Assembly (NCBI GenBank): GCA_002633005.1
Contig: NMRA01000243.1
Location: forward strand, 10,871-74,870
From: Phoronis australis
Lineage: Eukaryota > Animalia > Phoronida
Direction of reading: 5' to 3'
Length of the DNA: 64,000 bases
Position numbers and translations under genes: made by a program. Position 1 is the first letter of the stretch; each line of letters starts with the position of its first letter. Below the pieces are notes generated by a model. That model was given only the letters and a program-made list of their open reading frames with translations, was not told the origin of the DNA and made no database searches. Positions 14,471-27,559 of the stretch are shown here, in pieces.

Positions 14471-14982
14471 TTTAACACCAGAAAACGAATTTCTGAGCGA
14501 TTGCTGCGAAGTTGTCATCATCTTCCGAGAGATGTCCCAAATTTTAGGAAATGGCGCGTAGGTGTGTGTTGAGCGTGAGAGACTTTTCTTTTTTACAAAA
14601 GGCACAGACTTATGCAGGAAAATGACGTTCATGAGATTGTTTTTTTACTTAAACGGCTGCAACGGGCAAGGTGAGTGTCGTTTGACTTCCGGGTTTTTCA
14701 TGCACCCCGCCAGCTGATCTACATGTTGATTTAAGTTTCACGAGGGGACGAGCAGAACGGCTGTGTGACATTTCGGGGTGTATCTCAACGGAGCTCAACA
14801 TAGCCAGCCAGCTAGCTGTCTGAAGACTATCGTCAAAATACAGCTAGGTACCACTGTGTGTTCAGCGCCGACAGACCTCGTTTCCAATTCGGAACATTAA
14901 ATTGCTTATTATTTATAATGACTTATTCTTATTAAAATGACATAGGCAAGAAAATTAATTCCAGGCCTCAAAAGTGAGAGCT

Positions 14983-15470
14983 CCTATGCTAATATAGGGG
15001 ACTGCGCCGGAAGGCAACCGAGGAGCGGGGCCCATTCTATTAGAATAGTGGCTCCGCCGGAAGGCGGGCGAGGAGCGGGGCCTTCCTTATTCAATATAAG
15101 GGGCCCCGCCGAAAGACGGCCCGGCCAAAAAGTGGGGCGATCTATATAAATAACGAAGAGGGATGCGCCGGAGGGCGGCCGAAGAGCAGGTCCTCTATAT
15201 TATTATAGAGGGCCCCTCCGGAAGATGGCCGAAGACGGGGTCCAACTGTATTAATGTTGGAGGCTCCACCGGAAGGCGACCGAAGAGCTACGCCCCCTAT
15301 ATTAATAGGCAGTCGAAGAGCGGGCTCTTGTATTAATATAGGGTGCCCTGCCTGAAGACGACCAAAGCTTGGGGCCCCTTATATCAATATCGAGCGCCCC
15401 ACTCTTCGGCTACCTTCAGGTGGGAGCCTCAGTATTAACATAGGATGGTCCACCTATTGGCCCCATCCAG
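14983..15470. repeat. Degenerate ~50-55-bp tandem repeat with an internal palindrome; orientation flips near 15390; inverted units recur at 16320-16440
   Basis: Unit resembles CCCCTATATTAATATAGGGG-CCCCGCCGGAAGGCGGCCGAAGAGCGGGG. Confidence 0.75.
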
Positions 15471-16446
15471 GAAGATACCCTTGCGATTCTAGTGATTCTG
15501 CGTATTAACATTGATTGAAGGATTTCAATAGCATTTTAGCAGCTAATAAGCAATGCTTCACCTCTAGAATACTAGGGCCGTTACTTACACAGAATGACGG
15601 GGTACTCTGATGGGCTACCCTTGCGATTCTGCATACTAGCACTTCTAGAACACTAGGAGGGGGGGGGGGGCTAGTTACAGTGAATGACGGGCTTCTCTGA
15701 AGAGCCACCCTTGCGATTCTAGCATTTCTGCGAAGGGGAAGCAATCAAATACACATATGTTAGTATATGTAACATTTATGTTCGACAATCTAATTTGAAT
15801 TAATGTATGTATAGATGCAGCAATTAGTTACCCGGTAGTTGAGTATAAGAAGCAATCCTTATCAGGTTCAGCGGAGGACTCCCACTAAACATGTTTTTAA
15901 ATGTAGAATTTGGACTATTGTTACTGAGTACTAGAGTGTTTTAGTTTGAGGTCATTCCAAAAATCACGAAAATGAGTGCTTGAAATACTGTGCCCCGATT
16001 TTTCAAAATTCAAGAGTTGTCATCAAATAAATAAATGTGTATGACTCTATTGTACACATACGTTCTCATGTACGTATGCAGATACATTCAATTCAACCCG
16101 TATTACAATAGTTTTGTGGAACGTACATTTTAAACTTAATCAATTTAAATTTGAAGACATGCTTTGTAGTTCGTCTTGGTTGGTTGATGTATAACACCTC
16201 TGACCACGCGACTCTGGAAACTTTGAAAAATGCAAACTTAATTTCTATACGCAAAAACTTAAAAGTTCCCATAACCATGGATTTTTGAGACATCGTGGCG
16301 CCCCCTGTTGGGAGTCCTTAAACGGGGTGCCTATATTAATATAGCGCGCTTCGCTCTTCGGCGGCCTTAAAACTAGGCTTGATATAGAGGTCCCCGTTCT
16401 GTGGCCGCCTTCGGGTAGGACAAATTATATTACTATAAGTGGTCCC

Positions 16447-16540
16447 GATGACAATGATGATGATGATGATGATGATGGTGATGGTGATGATAACGATGAT
16501 GTTGATTGTGTCGACGATGAGCATGATGATAACAATCATG
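16447..16540 (+). repeat. (GAT)n microsatellite
   Basis: Directly visible. Confidence 0.9.
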
Positions 16541-17689
16541 TGACGAATGAAGATGTGAGAAACGAGTAAGAAATACAATCTTATTCAATAGAAGGTAAAC
16601 CGACAAAAGCGCAGCAAAAATTATTCATCAAAGGAACAGCCCCACAAGATAATCCCAGAAAATGAAAAAAACGAGACGCCGCAGCGAAAAATGGAAAACA
16701 TTTCATGAAAGCCCGTTCACATTTCCATCTAAGAGATTAGTTTATCAAGGTTTCACAATTTTTCGAACATTGTAAAATTTTGTATTTTTTTGCAATTGAA
16801 AATCAAATAACTCATAAACGGTAAGTATGAGAAAAAATGTTACAGTTCCTCAGAGATCCCACATGCAAAACTTCCCGTCATTTGCCTTTTCTGTTCAAAA
16901 CGGCTCCCAAGCACGATTGAAAATTAATAAAAATGCTTCAGATCCGCAACAACTGCGGCTTAAATAACAACCGGTAATAGCTAGATAAAGGAAACTAAAA
17001 CATGAAAAATTTCGAAGCAATTGGTACAACAATGCGTTTTGGGCCAGAAATCGAAGTGCGCTTGCAAAATGGCCGATATTTACGCCATTTTTGACCGGAA
17101 GTAAATGATTTGTAATTTATTTGTAGTACACGTGTGGTACAATAATCGTACTAATTTTCAGCTGTGTATGTTAAAAGTTGCGGCCTCTATGAACATTTGA
17201 ATCTGAATTCGAAAACAAGTTGGCCGCCACGTCCGCCATCTTAAATCTGTTCATAATGAAAAACTATGGGGTTGCAGCTCTTCCGGAACTAGAGGTTGTC
17301 TGTGAATTTCGTGGAAAGCGGAAAAAATGCGACCTGTAGAGTGCAAACAAACAAAAACAAAGTAACACACTTAGCGAAAAATTTCACTAAGTGACAAACT
17401 TGATGGCATAACAACATAGCTTCTACTCAGCACAGTGAGCTTCCATGCACAGTTGATTTTTACCTGTTCTATAGTTCTTCAGTTTTTTCGATTCTGCTTT
17501 CTTTATTTTTTACAAGTCTATATCTTAACAAGATTAGCTGCGTTTCAATTTGATTAATAAACAGTTATATAACAAGATCTACAAATGGTTATATTCAGTA
17601 AAACATAATACGCTACTTTTTACTTCATTTTCAACGTCGATGACATCTGAACAGTAATACAACAAAGTAAAGAACCTGTGTGGTGAAGA

Positions 17690-17810
17690 TTCATTGACCA
17701 GAACGCCAACCAAAATGAGCAAACTTGTACACATATAGATCTTTATCACAAGTATGGTAACTGTAGAGGGAAACCTATCTGCAAACAAATGTTTGATAAA
17801 CTTGTAAAAA
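17690..17810 (+). repeat. Local direct repeat, second copy at about 19495-19610
   Basis: Shared acgccaaccaaaa...acttgtacac...tatagatctttatcacaagta. Confidence 0.7.
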
Positions 17811-18384
17811 GAGAAGGTGTTGTTAGACGAATATATCACGACGTTATATTTCAGTTGGTTCTGTGGTGAAGGTAAAGCAGTGATGAATTTCCGGGTGCCT
17901 GACACTAGCGGCCTCTAGAGACCAATGACCAACTTATTCTCCAGAATTAGTGGATTCACTAAATGTAAGACGATTCTTCATACTAGCACTGCACCTCTGA
18001 AAATAATTTACGATCATATATTCAGAATGCGTCCACGCATATATTTCTCGAAATTGATGAGCCAAACTACTCAGTTTACGTAAATAATTTAAATCCATGT
18101 TTTTGACTTTCAAAGTGATTTCGTTAATTTTTACTGACCACGTAATCATGTAGCACCTGCTAGGAAGTTATAATGAGCAGAAACAGAACTGTAAATGACT
18201 GAATTTTAAACAATGGTGGCTATTAATTGCATAAATTATGGAAATTTATCATGCAACAACCTGCAAACTGGTTTCATATAGAAACACGTAACATGAGGGC
18301 TAATATCAAAATAATTAGCCTGTGGCGCGGTACATAAGGGCCATTTTTGTCGACTGGAGAACTGGGTCACGTGTTGTCTGATAA

Positions 18385-18878
18385 TATGTCAATTTCGCCG
18401 TGGGTCAAAAAGCGGAACATTTTAATGGTGTGGCGGGATGGCGGGAAAATTAAAAAGTTGACCTGTCTGCCCAGAGTTTGACAAGTGGCAAGTACAACGA
18501 ACGCAGTCTGTAACACAAAATGGATTGGATTCTTTTACAAGGACAATTTTTCATTTTCTCATTAAATTTCACGGTTATAGGTAAATACTGCAGATAACAC
18601 TACTGTTCAGAAATCGAATGGAGAATGATCATATAAACAATGCACAAATGAATGACCTGTGTGTTGGCACTTGTCCTAAATTGTTGTAATGATCCTGATG
18701 ATGTCTAATGAATAGATGAAACGTTGATTTAACATGAACTTTTTTAGTTGTGCGGCGATCGTCCGGTTTTTAATCTTACTGTGGCCAAAAACTGATTTAA
18801 TTAACAAATGAATTGTTACAGAAACAATAGAAAACAGTAATGATATACACATGCACACGCACACGCACACGCACACGC

Positions 18879-18916
<38 letters not shown>

Positions 18917-19010
18917 GCACGATTACCTACGCAAATAACTACGCGAGCAGATCTTCCAAAGTTCCGTAACCACACCTGTTAGTAGAGTCTAAGCTTTCCA
19001 TTTATGATTA
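18385..19010 (+). repeat. Dispersed repeat containing a (CACACG)n/(CA)n microsatellite; second copy at about 40410-40805
   Basis: Shared aatttcgccgtg...atggtgtggcgggatggcgggaaaatt and cacacctgt.agtag.g.ctaa flanks. Confidence 0.75.
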
Positions 19011-21106
19011 CATTAAACAAGGTGATAACATACATATAGAGTTGCAAGCTTTCGTGATTCAAGCTACTGCTCATACACATCAAATGGAATGTTAAATCCC
19101 CAGCCAAAACTGAGGTTTCAAAAAACAGTCAGCTAAGTGTGAAGGTACTCTGATCATCTGCTCCTACATTTGCGTTATGTATATACTGTGGCAACGACTG
19201 TTATATGCAAGTTTTCAAAAATGCTAGGAGACTGGAACGTCACAGTATTAGATGCAAGGTCGCTCTCTGATTCGCCACCTGCTGATGCACAATATCAAAG
19301 AATTATTATCTGGGTTTCTATTGTTTGTTTTAAACACACGAAAACTGTTATTCTTGTGTTTTGTCATAAGATTCGAAAGTTAAAAACAAAATTTACTTGC
19401 GAGACTTTAAAGTTCTAGTCCTGGTTATACCGTTTTATCACAGCTTGGGATGTTATACATCCAGCCTAGTCACATGTGTGGCGAAGATACGTTGAACAAT
19501 ACGCCAACCAAAACGAAAGAACTTGTACACCTGTATAGATCTTTATCACAAGTACCGTAACTTTAGAGAGAAACTACGCAAATAAATGTTTGGTAAATTA
19601 TCAAAAAAATATAGCTGCCTAGCTATAGATTCATTATTGATTCACTTTTCAAGCTGTACTTTTGCAACTTCAGAAACTGCACAAAGAGCTCTGCTTGAAA
19701 AACATAATTTACGTTATCTGAGTTAAAGTGATTTTTCGGTTGGTTGCATTCCAGTCGTGAAAACCTATATCAACCAGTTCATTGTTTTTTCAACCGTCAT
19801 TGTAGGAGTTGGTGGACTTTATACCATGAACCTAATTGCGATACAAATACTGCTTGAATGATTTTCAATACCGGGTGAGCCCTACAAATTCACCGACGCG
19901 AATACATGGAGGTCGTTTCAGCGTACACATAGGTAGGTTAAAAGTGACCCGGACAATGAGCTTTGCGTTGCTGCAGACGTCAGAGACACTATACCATTTT
20001 AAGTGCTTTGTTTTTTGATGAAAATAAAGACTGAGAAAACTGAGAAAAAACTGTCGCTCACGTATCATTTGCATAGATGCCCCACAAAATATAGCCGAAA
20101 GAGAATAAAACTATAGACCCATTCGAATCGACTAGCTGCTGTACTCGTCCCTAAGAATTTGACTCATTCATCACAAAAGAGAGACAAACTACTAGGAATA
20201 CCCAAAATTTTCAGAATACTTTAATCTTTGTGAAACTATAATCATTTACAATTTCCTTGATAAAGTTGTCATCTGGGACGGCGGGGACAACTGAGTTAAG
20301 CGGCATCAAGGTAATTGGAGTTCCCTACTTGTGGGATGTTCCTCGGGAAAGTAAACAGAGCCAATTGAAAGTGGGCTCAAATTCGGAGATGTCACAACCC
20401 CGACAAACGCAACGCCTCAACATTCCTTAGTTTACTATAATCACGGGAACTCTTGCAGCACTCTGACAATTTTCCACTATAAAAACAATGGAGTGATTTG
20501 TTCTCTCGTTTGGACGTAATGAAGAACGACCAATGAATGCTAATAATTCGAGATCAGGTAATTTATACATCATCACATTGTTTGCGGGGGTTCTCATGTC
20601 AGCTAATCGACTGGTGGTGCTGACAAAAATAAAGACTTCAAAACTATGTATTAATTAAAACGGCGACGCGCCGGCTGTCGGTAGGGCGCTGTCACTGTGC
20701 GTCTGTTGTTCGCTGATTGCTATCCTTTATATTGACGAAGCGTGACACTTACTGGCCATTGCTTTATACTGCCCAAGGAAGTGCGTACAATGAACAATAA
20801 GTTTCTCATCATGACAAAATCAAACCTTTCTTGTTGTAAAGCACTTCTGCCGGTATCGACGTTATAGACGTGCAGTGCAGCTACCTAAGAATTTTGTCAC
20901 GCTGCTACGGCGACTCCGTCCCTGACAAATGGCTTCAACTAGTAGACAGTCTCTGCTGAGCAAGCAACTAAAATGAGTGCACTTGTCGTGGAAAACAACT
21001 TTACCAAGCTAAGTTTTTAAATTTTAGTGGCGACCACATAGTTGGGATCTATATAATTCAGTGAGGCGTTTCGCCTACGACTGGTTTTTTCCGGTCATAT
21101 ACTTAC

Positions 21107-21286
21107 TTTAATAATGGCTGGCGACTGGCATGTTTCTCGCGCTAAATTTCCACATGCGATTACCCCTGAAGAGTTTGCCGACCACACGGTGGAAGTGGAA
21201 GAGAGGCAATTAAGAACCTGATTCCGGAACAACGATTCCTCTAAAAGAAATCTCTGAGTCACTTTTTGTATAGCACGGGAGACCAT
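21107..21286 (-). CDS. SABATH-type methyltransferase, probable exon 1 (60-aa N-terminal extension)
   Basis: Kozak-like caccATGG at 21286; strong donor AAA|gtaagt; 180 nt, phase 0 fits exon 2; no homology support for this exon. Confidence 0.6.
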
Positions 21287-21540
21287 GGTGATCGTGAACG
21301 ACTTGTAACGGGGAATAAGGCAAATGGCAAAGCTTACAGTATTTGGAAAGGCATTTGAATTCAAACCACGCCTTCTTTAACGTGCGATAGAAGATTAGGT
21401 GGCCTGTGTTCATCTTTTGCACGCCTGCATCACATGTACTCTATTGTTATTTAACCAAGCGTCCGCATTATAGAAAGGAGAACACGTTGAGCTGGGGAGA
21501 TAAAGGGTTTGACGTCGAAGCGTCCAATATACGGTAAGTA
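21287..21540. promoter_or_regulatory. Putative bidirectional promoter between the methyltransferase and PIPOX-like genes, with a probable PIPOX 5'UTR exon donor at 21534
   Basis: Minus-strand ATG at 21286 and plus-strand G|gtaagt donor at 21533/4; acceptor ttttcag ending 22602, 8 nt before the PIPOX ATG; TGACGTC and CCAAT near 21510-21528. Confidence 0.45.
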
Positions 21541-22268
21541 ACTTCTAGCGTTCTTCTCTTGAAAAACGATAACACTCAACGACCTAACACTCAAAGCGGC
21601 TATCAACACACATTCTGCCAAAAATTAACTTTTAATTATAAATCTGGTCTTAACTCGTCCCTTAACCAGATAAGATGTGATTCCTGGGATTGGAAGTGCC
21701 TGTTAATTCGCATTTGCTCGAGACCAGACTCGATTAGTTGCAAGTTTGTCATAACGGGCAAATTTGTGTTTCAACCATGGTCTGATACGCGACACCGACA
21801 GCATTGTCGCGTCATCCCTTGCGTAAAATCATCAGTTTAAGTTCTTCGGCTGAGCACTCAAAAATATTTATTAGCTTTCGGTTTTTCAATCAGTTTACCA
21901 AAAGCCAGTCAAGCGATCTTTATTTGTTATTTGAAATGTTGAGCAAACTATGACTATGTACTTGTGTTGTGATTAATTTTCGTACGTAATGCAGATGCAC
22001 AGACATTCTGTTGATAACTTTTTAGTTATTTCCATAAGAGACGCGCGAAGTAAAGAGTTCTCACCATGCATTTTCTTAGTTTTTAAGGTTTCAGTTCGCT
22101 AACCAAATAAGCACTTTTTATGCCAAATAGTCGAGAATTTTTCGATTTTGAAAAAAAATAGTTATTTCTAAGTTTCCCGCCAAATGATGTAATGGGTGGA
22201 AGACGTTTGGTCACTTGAAATTCAATTGCAATGGCGGAATACAGCAGATCAGAAGACGAGGATCTGTC

Positions 22269-22370
22269 TTAGGCCCCATGTCATGAACATTTTTATCAAT
22301 GATATATTTTACGCTATAAGCGGTCACTGTAAGTTATGTAATTACGCTGATGACAATACCCTTATGTAAG
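22269..22370 (+). pseudogene. CR1/L2-like LINE reverse-transcriptase fragment
   Basis: Translates LGP..NIFINDIFYAISGHCKLCNYADDNTL (YADD), with frameshift. Confidence 0.75.
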
Positions 22371-22610
22371 CAGGCTCCTCTTTATCTGCAGTTCGCCTCA
22401 GCCTCAAGGTAAATATCAGAAAGTAATACACGCTAGTGTTGGCTTGCAAATTTTGGGCAACCGACCCCCATGAGATTCAGCATGTCCCAAAGTATCTGTG
22501 TACCAAATTTGGTGCTTTAATCCGGGGTGTAAATGTTTTGGGGTTTTTGGCTGCTAAGGGACCGGACTAAAATGCCCTTATGTATACTTATACCATTTTC
22601 AGGCGACAAT

Positions 22611-22718
22611 ATGACCGATTGCACGTATGACGCCATTGTAGTGGGAGCTGGTATAGAGGGCTCAGCTATTGCGTATACTTTAGCTAAGAATGGGCTGCAA
22701 ACGCTGCTGCTTGAAAAA
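22611..22718 (+). CDS. PIPOX: PIPOX-like sarcosine/pipecolate oxidase, coding exon 1
   Basis: [39 protein letters not shown]-binding GxGxxG; donor gtgagt. Confidence 0.92.
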
Positions 22719-22929
22719 GTGAGTATTGCGTATTCAGTATGTTTTCTTTCTGATTGCGTATAGGAGGCATTGTGGCCCAGTGGGATAAATGTCTACTTCA
22801 TTTATTCAAGGTTGTGGGTGCGAGTTCCACTCGGGCTTACAGCTCGGTTATATCTATATATTTTACCATGAAAAGTCACTGGGCCCACCTCTGCAGCCTG
22901 CGCACGTCTCGTACAAGGTGTGCCAGACA

Positions 22930-23450
22930 GCCTGTAATTTATATATTAAAACGCTGAAAGAGGGTCCGGGTGCCTGTCGGACAAATAGAACTCGGACACC
23001 CGCACTCACCCGATGCCTCCTTTCATTTCGTTCCCGCGACGGAAAAGCATCGGGTTTTGCGGTCGTAAAATCCCTGCGTGTTTGTTTTCTTTGTCTTACC
23101 AAGTCGTGGATTCAAATCCGGCGAACGCGCTTCTTTGTCGAAGCCAAGTAGGCCTACTAAGTTTTCGGAGGTGTTCGTCCGCCGCCTAGTGTATTTACCG
23201 CACAGATACTATAAAATCTTTGTCTACCGTTAACGCCTACCATGTTGTGTGCTACATCAATATTTGGCAGCGAACGAAATCAACAAGACGATTTGACCGT
23301 TGAATAATTTTCCGAAATTCGAGTGCAGTAAATGCGTGGCCTCGACATTTCACGCTCACTAGTTCACTGCCGCGTATGAGTACTCCATGTATTGCGGTCG
23401 CGAGCATTCACATTCTGCGAACCCACGACGACTGGGCTGTGCGAGTTCCT
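22930..23450 (+). repeat. Dispersed repeat with an inverted copy at about 53890-54340
   Basis: tatatattaaaacgctgaaagagggtccgggtg versus reverse complement at 54300-54335; similarity continues along the block. Confidence 0.7.
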
Positions 23451-23687
23451 CGACTCTACTTCACGTTAGAAGTACTCATATATTAAAGGTAAGTGTCCTA
23501 GATACCAATCTTTATTCCAGTCTTTAGCTCAGTGCCAAAGATAGGACCACTTTCTGCAAAAAGCGTCCACTCATGGTGGGGTTTTCCTGGCTACTGTCAA
23601 CTGTGTAAAAGTTTCGTGTTTCTCCAGTTGAGTCTAACTTGTTTAGCTGTATATCACAAGTTGGGCGGATGACCGCTGTAGCCAATT

Positions 23688-24058
23688 AGGGTTGGAGGGT
23701 CAACTCTCTTTTGTTCGATAATTGCTCTAATCTCCGATAAGATCGTATCTTATATCCTCACTGGGCTGTGCTGTTAAAACAAGTTAATTAAGTTATAAAA
23801 TGTTTGAACATAAACCAATGGCATTATCTGAATTGCCCATCAAATACTGATCAAGCTTATAGTTTTTGAATCACCAAAATCGCCCAACTACAATCGAAGT
23901 TAAGACAATCTATTCTGTCCGAACGTAAACCGACGTACTGGGTTTGACTGTGTTCACATGTGACCGGTTATGAGCCTGGTAGATTATTTATCTGCATGTT
24001 GTCCAACCAGTTGTCCTCGGCAGTTAACAATGGAGCTAGATGTTATCACACGCTCACA
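23688..24058 (+). repeat. Dispersed repeat with a direct copy at about 54813-55190
   Basis: Shared ggttggaggg...ttgttcgat.attgctctaatctcc.ataagatc...ggagctagatgttatcacacgctcac. Confidence 0.8.
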
Positions 24059-25187
24059 ACTTCTGAACTGAATGGGAGAACGTCCTTATGAACTTCAAAA
24101 CCCTGTCAATTATTCATATGACCCCAATGAGGTGATTTTTCACAATAGTTCACATTAGACGCCATTAAAAGCGACCCGGGTCATATTCTAATTTTACAAA
24201 GTTACCGGGATCATTGTTTAACACTCATTGGGACAACACGAAAGTACGTCTCGAGTGAGCGGCACGTCTCCTAGATATAATGTATTTGCATCGAGCGACA
24301 CGGATTAAATGATATATTTGTGTGATCTTAGTGGTTTCTCTTAAAAAAACGAAAAAATAAAACGCTCGCAGTGGATTGACAAGCGTGGAGCCGCTCAGGC
24401 CACTCGAAAATCTGCCAGTGGTTGCGATCTCCTAATATATGTGACCCACCACGACAAAATGAGTCTGAAGTCGGAAACTCAATTTCCTGACAAGACTGCA
24501 AACAGTAGCTATCGTTTAAAATTAGGTCAATTTTTTTTATTGCAGATTATGATTATTTATTCATTCTACTCCACAAAACAATACTTTAAAACGATCAAAC
24601 TTCATTTTAAACCTTATTTATTTCATTTTGAAAAACATCACCTTCTCCACGACTGCATATCTCGTGAAATTTTCATCGAAATTTGCCGGTTTTCGTGTCC
24701 TCATTGATCAGTCTTCCGATGACCCAATTTCGCTCGTAAACACATCAACAGAAAGGTCAAACTCTGCTCATTATGCATGTAGTAATCTCTTTGAGTTTTT
24801 CGTCCAATCATAAGTCGTTATTTCACTTTTTGCATTCGGGGTATTTTCAACAGAAGTGTCACTCACCAGTCTTTTAGCTAGCAACGACCTTTTAACCCAA
24901 TGCATCGCTGACCTCATTCGCTAGAACTAGTTAAGTGGGCGTGAAACCGTGAGGTCGCGAGCTAGGTCACGGCATGTTTTCAAGACAGTAAGATGGCTGG
25001 TCGCCGTGTAGCTGATATCTCAATGATTAACTCTTGCCTCTGACTGCCGTATCAAGATCAGCGAGAATTAACTGAACTCAACAGAGCACATTTGTTGATT
25101 GAGACAAGGAGGAATTTCGTGACAGCGACGAGTCGTCTGACGGCAGCAACTCGTCGCCAGATGAGTTTCATGATCGACCCATCGCGA

Positions 25188-25269
25188 NNNNNNNNNNNNN
25201 NNNNNNNNNNNNNNNNNNNNNNNNNNNNNNNNNNNNNNNNNNNNNNNNNNNNNNNNNNNNNNNNNNNNN
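25188..25269. other. Assembly gap (N run)
   Basis: Run of n. Confidence 1.
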
Positions 25270-25939
25270 ATGGAATTGGTTTTGTGTGGTACCTCGAATG
25301 TATGTGCTAGCTCATTTTTGGGGGGTCCTTTTTTGGTTTCTGCCGGACCCATTCCAGAGTGCAATTTGTCTGTCATGGGTCATTTGGTGTTCAGTGCGGT
25401 ACTATTCTTCGTTTTAAATCAGTTTTGGTTGGTACCTCGAATATCTAGTCTAGCTTATTTTTTGGGCTGTTTGTAAGGCCCCCTGGGGTCACACCCAGAG
25501 TGCAGACAACGGCAGACGTCCATTTCTGTAATACTGAGGTGGACTTTAAATGCTCCCGTGGTCAGATGTTGGTACCTCGTTCATCTATGCTAAGTGCTCT
25601 GGGCTGCCGGTCTATAAGTCAGAGTCAATAGAGATGATATAGTCATTAATAAACGTGACAGAATGTTTCGAAACTACTGCCTGTAAGTTAACTATTTGCG
25701 TCTTTGGACTGGTACAGAATAACATCCACTGGTTTATTTTTTGAAGACTTAAGTTTTTGTTTCGTGTTGTAAACGTGAGTACAGCGTCGTTGGGTAGAAG
25801 CCATTTTAATCAAGATCCGTTTTAATCCTGACCCATATCAAACTACAAAACTAGGTCAAAGACAGAAAATAGGTCACAGGAAACAAAAACAGAACGACTA
25901 ACTAGATACCTAATGACACTGAGTACACTGTACATACCG

Positions 25940-27030
25940 TGACCATAAAGTATGCTACCTAGACTATCCAAAGTAGGATTTTCCGTGAGCCGTAACTGGA
26001 CTCGACCTGGCAGACACCCTTTGTTATGGGCAAACACAAAGACCCTATGTTGGGAGCTACTCGAACCTGGCGGGAGCATCGGCAAACCTCAGGCCTTGGA
26101 ATTTCCCTCTTTTAAGAGGATTTCCTTTTTTTGATTTCGATTTCTTCTTATTTGATTTCCAGTTTCCTCTTTTTTATTTCAATTAATAGTCATTTTCACT
26201 TAATTCGTGAAAAAGCGTTTATTTGAGTTAAATTTTACAACACAAAAATTGGAAAGTTTTCGTCTTTTTGTCATGGGTCATTCCAAGCCCTGGAACCTGT
26301 TGAAGCGACAGGCTAAACGTAGACCTGGAGAACACTCTGATACATCAAAATGGCCATCAACTATACTTGATCTTACGTTATCTTTCTTTTCTCTTTTACA
26401 GGTGCCGGTTGCTACATAAATCATCTCAAGATTGGAAATACCTTTTTGTAAATAATTGATTAAAAATCTCGATTACTGGTTCAAAATGTCATTTTCATAA
26501 TGGTGTAAGAGGGGATAAGAATTCTATTGGGCATATTTACTCTGCCAGTCTGAAGGACATTGAACTTTTCTGTCTCCGAACACTACTCCATATACCCGGT
26601 CAAACATCATCAGCGTACTCTATAGGGTCAGGAACTGGATTCGTTAGTGAGGTGTGCATTAGCCTGACTCCAATTAATGGACGACAATACAGTGTGAGAT
26701 GTATGTCTCATAGAAGCTGCCGTATTCCTGATGCAAAGGCCCCTGCGCTCCCTCTTTATCACAATCTGTTCGCACAGCAACCGACTCAACGCTCTACTAT
26801 GAAGAGAATAGTTGCAAGATGGTTTGATTGAGTATTTTGTTCATAACAGCTACCCACGTAAAGGGCCCATTCATGAATGTATCTATACATGAGAACTTGA
26901 AGTATTATAATAAAGACACATTGTGTGTATGTACTTCGTGATATTGTCACGGCGAAATAACAACAACGAAATGCGATATTTAATATCAAATGATACTTAA
27001 AAACCATTGACAACAGCTAAGCTTTTACGT
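25940..27030 (+). mobile_element. Degenerate Helitron fragment (RepHel remnant)
   Basis: From 26526: IGHIYSASLKDIELFCLRTLLHIPGQTS..., matching the RepHel inter-domain motif IGR.Y...P...E.F.LR.LL....G.TSF. Confidence 0.75.
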
Positions 27031-27559
27031 GATATTTTGTGTTTATTAACTTAAGTATGTATCACCATGGCAACTTCCATGTCTAGCATAAACACAGCGG
27101 AAGCTAATTCCCGAACACCAGGTAGTACCCGTGCGAAACGCGCGTTCCAGCCAGTTGTATGTAATATTCTTATGGCGTAAAAATTTCGTCTGCCAGAGAC
27201 TTATGTTCAGAGACTTATTAACACCGTTACTGGGTTTCCGAACTAAAAGTTGATAAACAACTAGGCTTGCATTTGATAATTCCATTGCTATAGTTCATGA
27301 ACACCTGGACAATAACACCTACCCACTTCCATTTTATGGACTAATCCAAGGCATTAGACACTATAGACCATTAAAATACCAAGGAAATACTGGACACGAG
27401 ATTACGATATTCTGTTTGACACTATCTCCTTCCCATACCTAATATTAATGCCAGTGTTCCACAGGGAGTAAATATTAGACCCTTTACAATTTCTTATATA
27501 AGTCAGTGACATAATATTCCCATTTGGCGCCAAACATAATTCAATGAGGCATTCACTGT

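Noticed and set aside
16336-16578. Hydrophobic poly-Ile ORF resembling a membrane protein
   Set aside because: Antisense translation of the (GAT)n microsatellite
18676-18975. Cys-Val repeat ORF
   Set aside because: Translation of a (TG)n microsatellite
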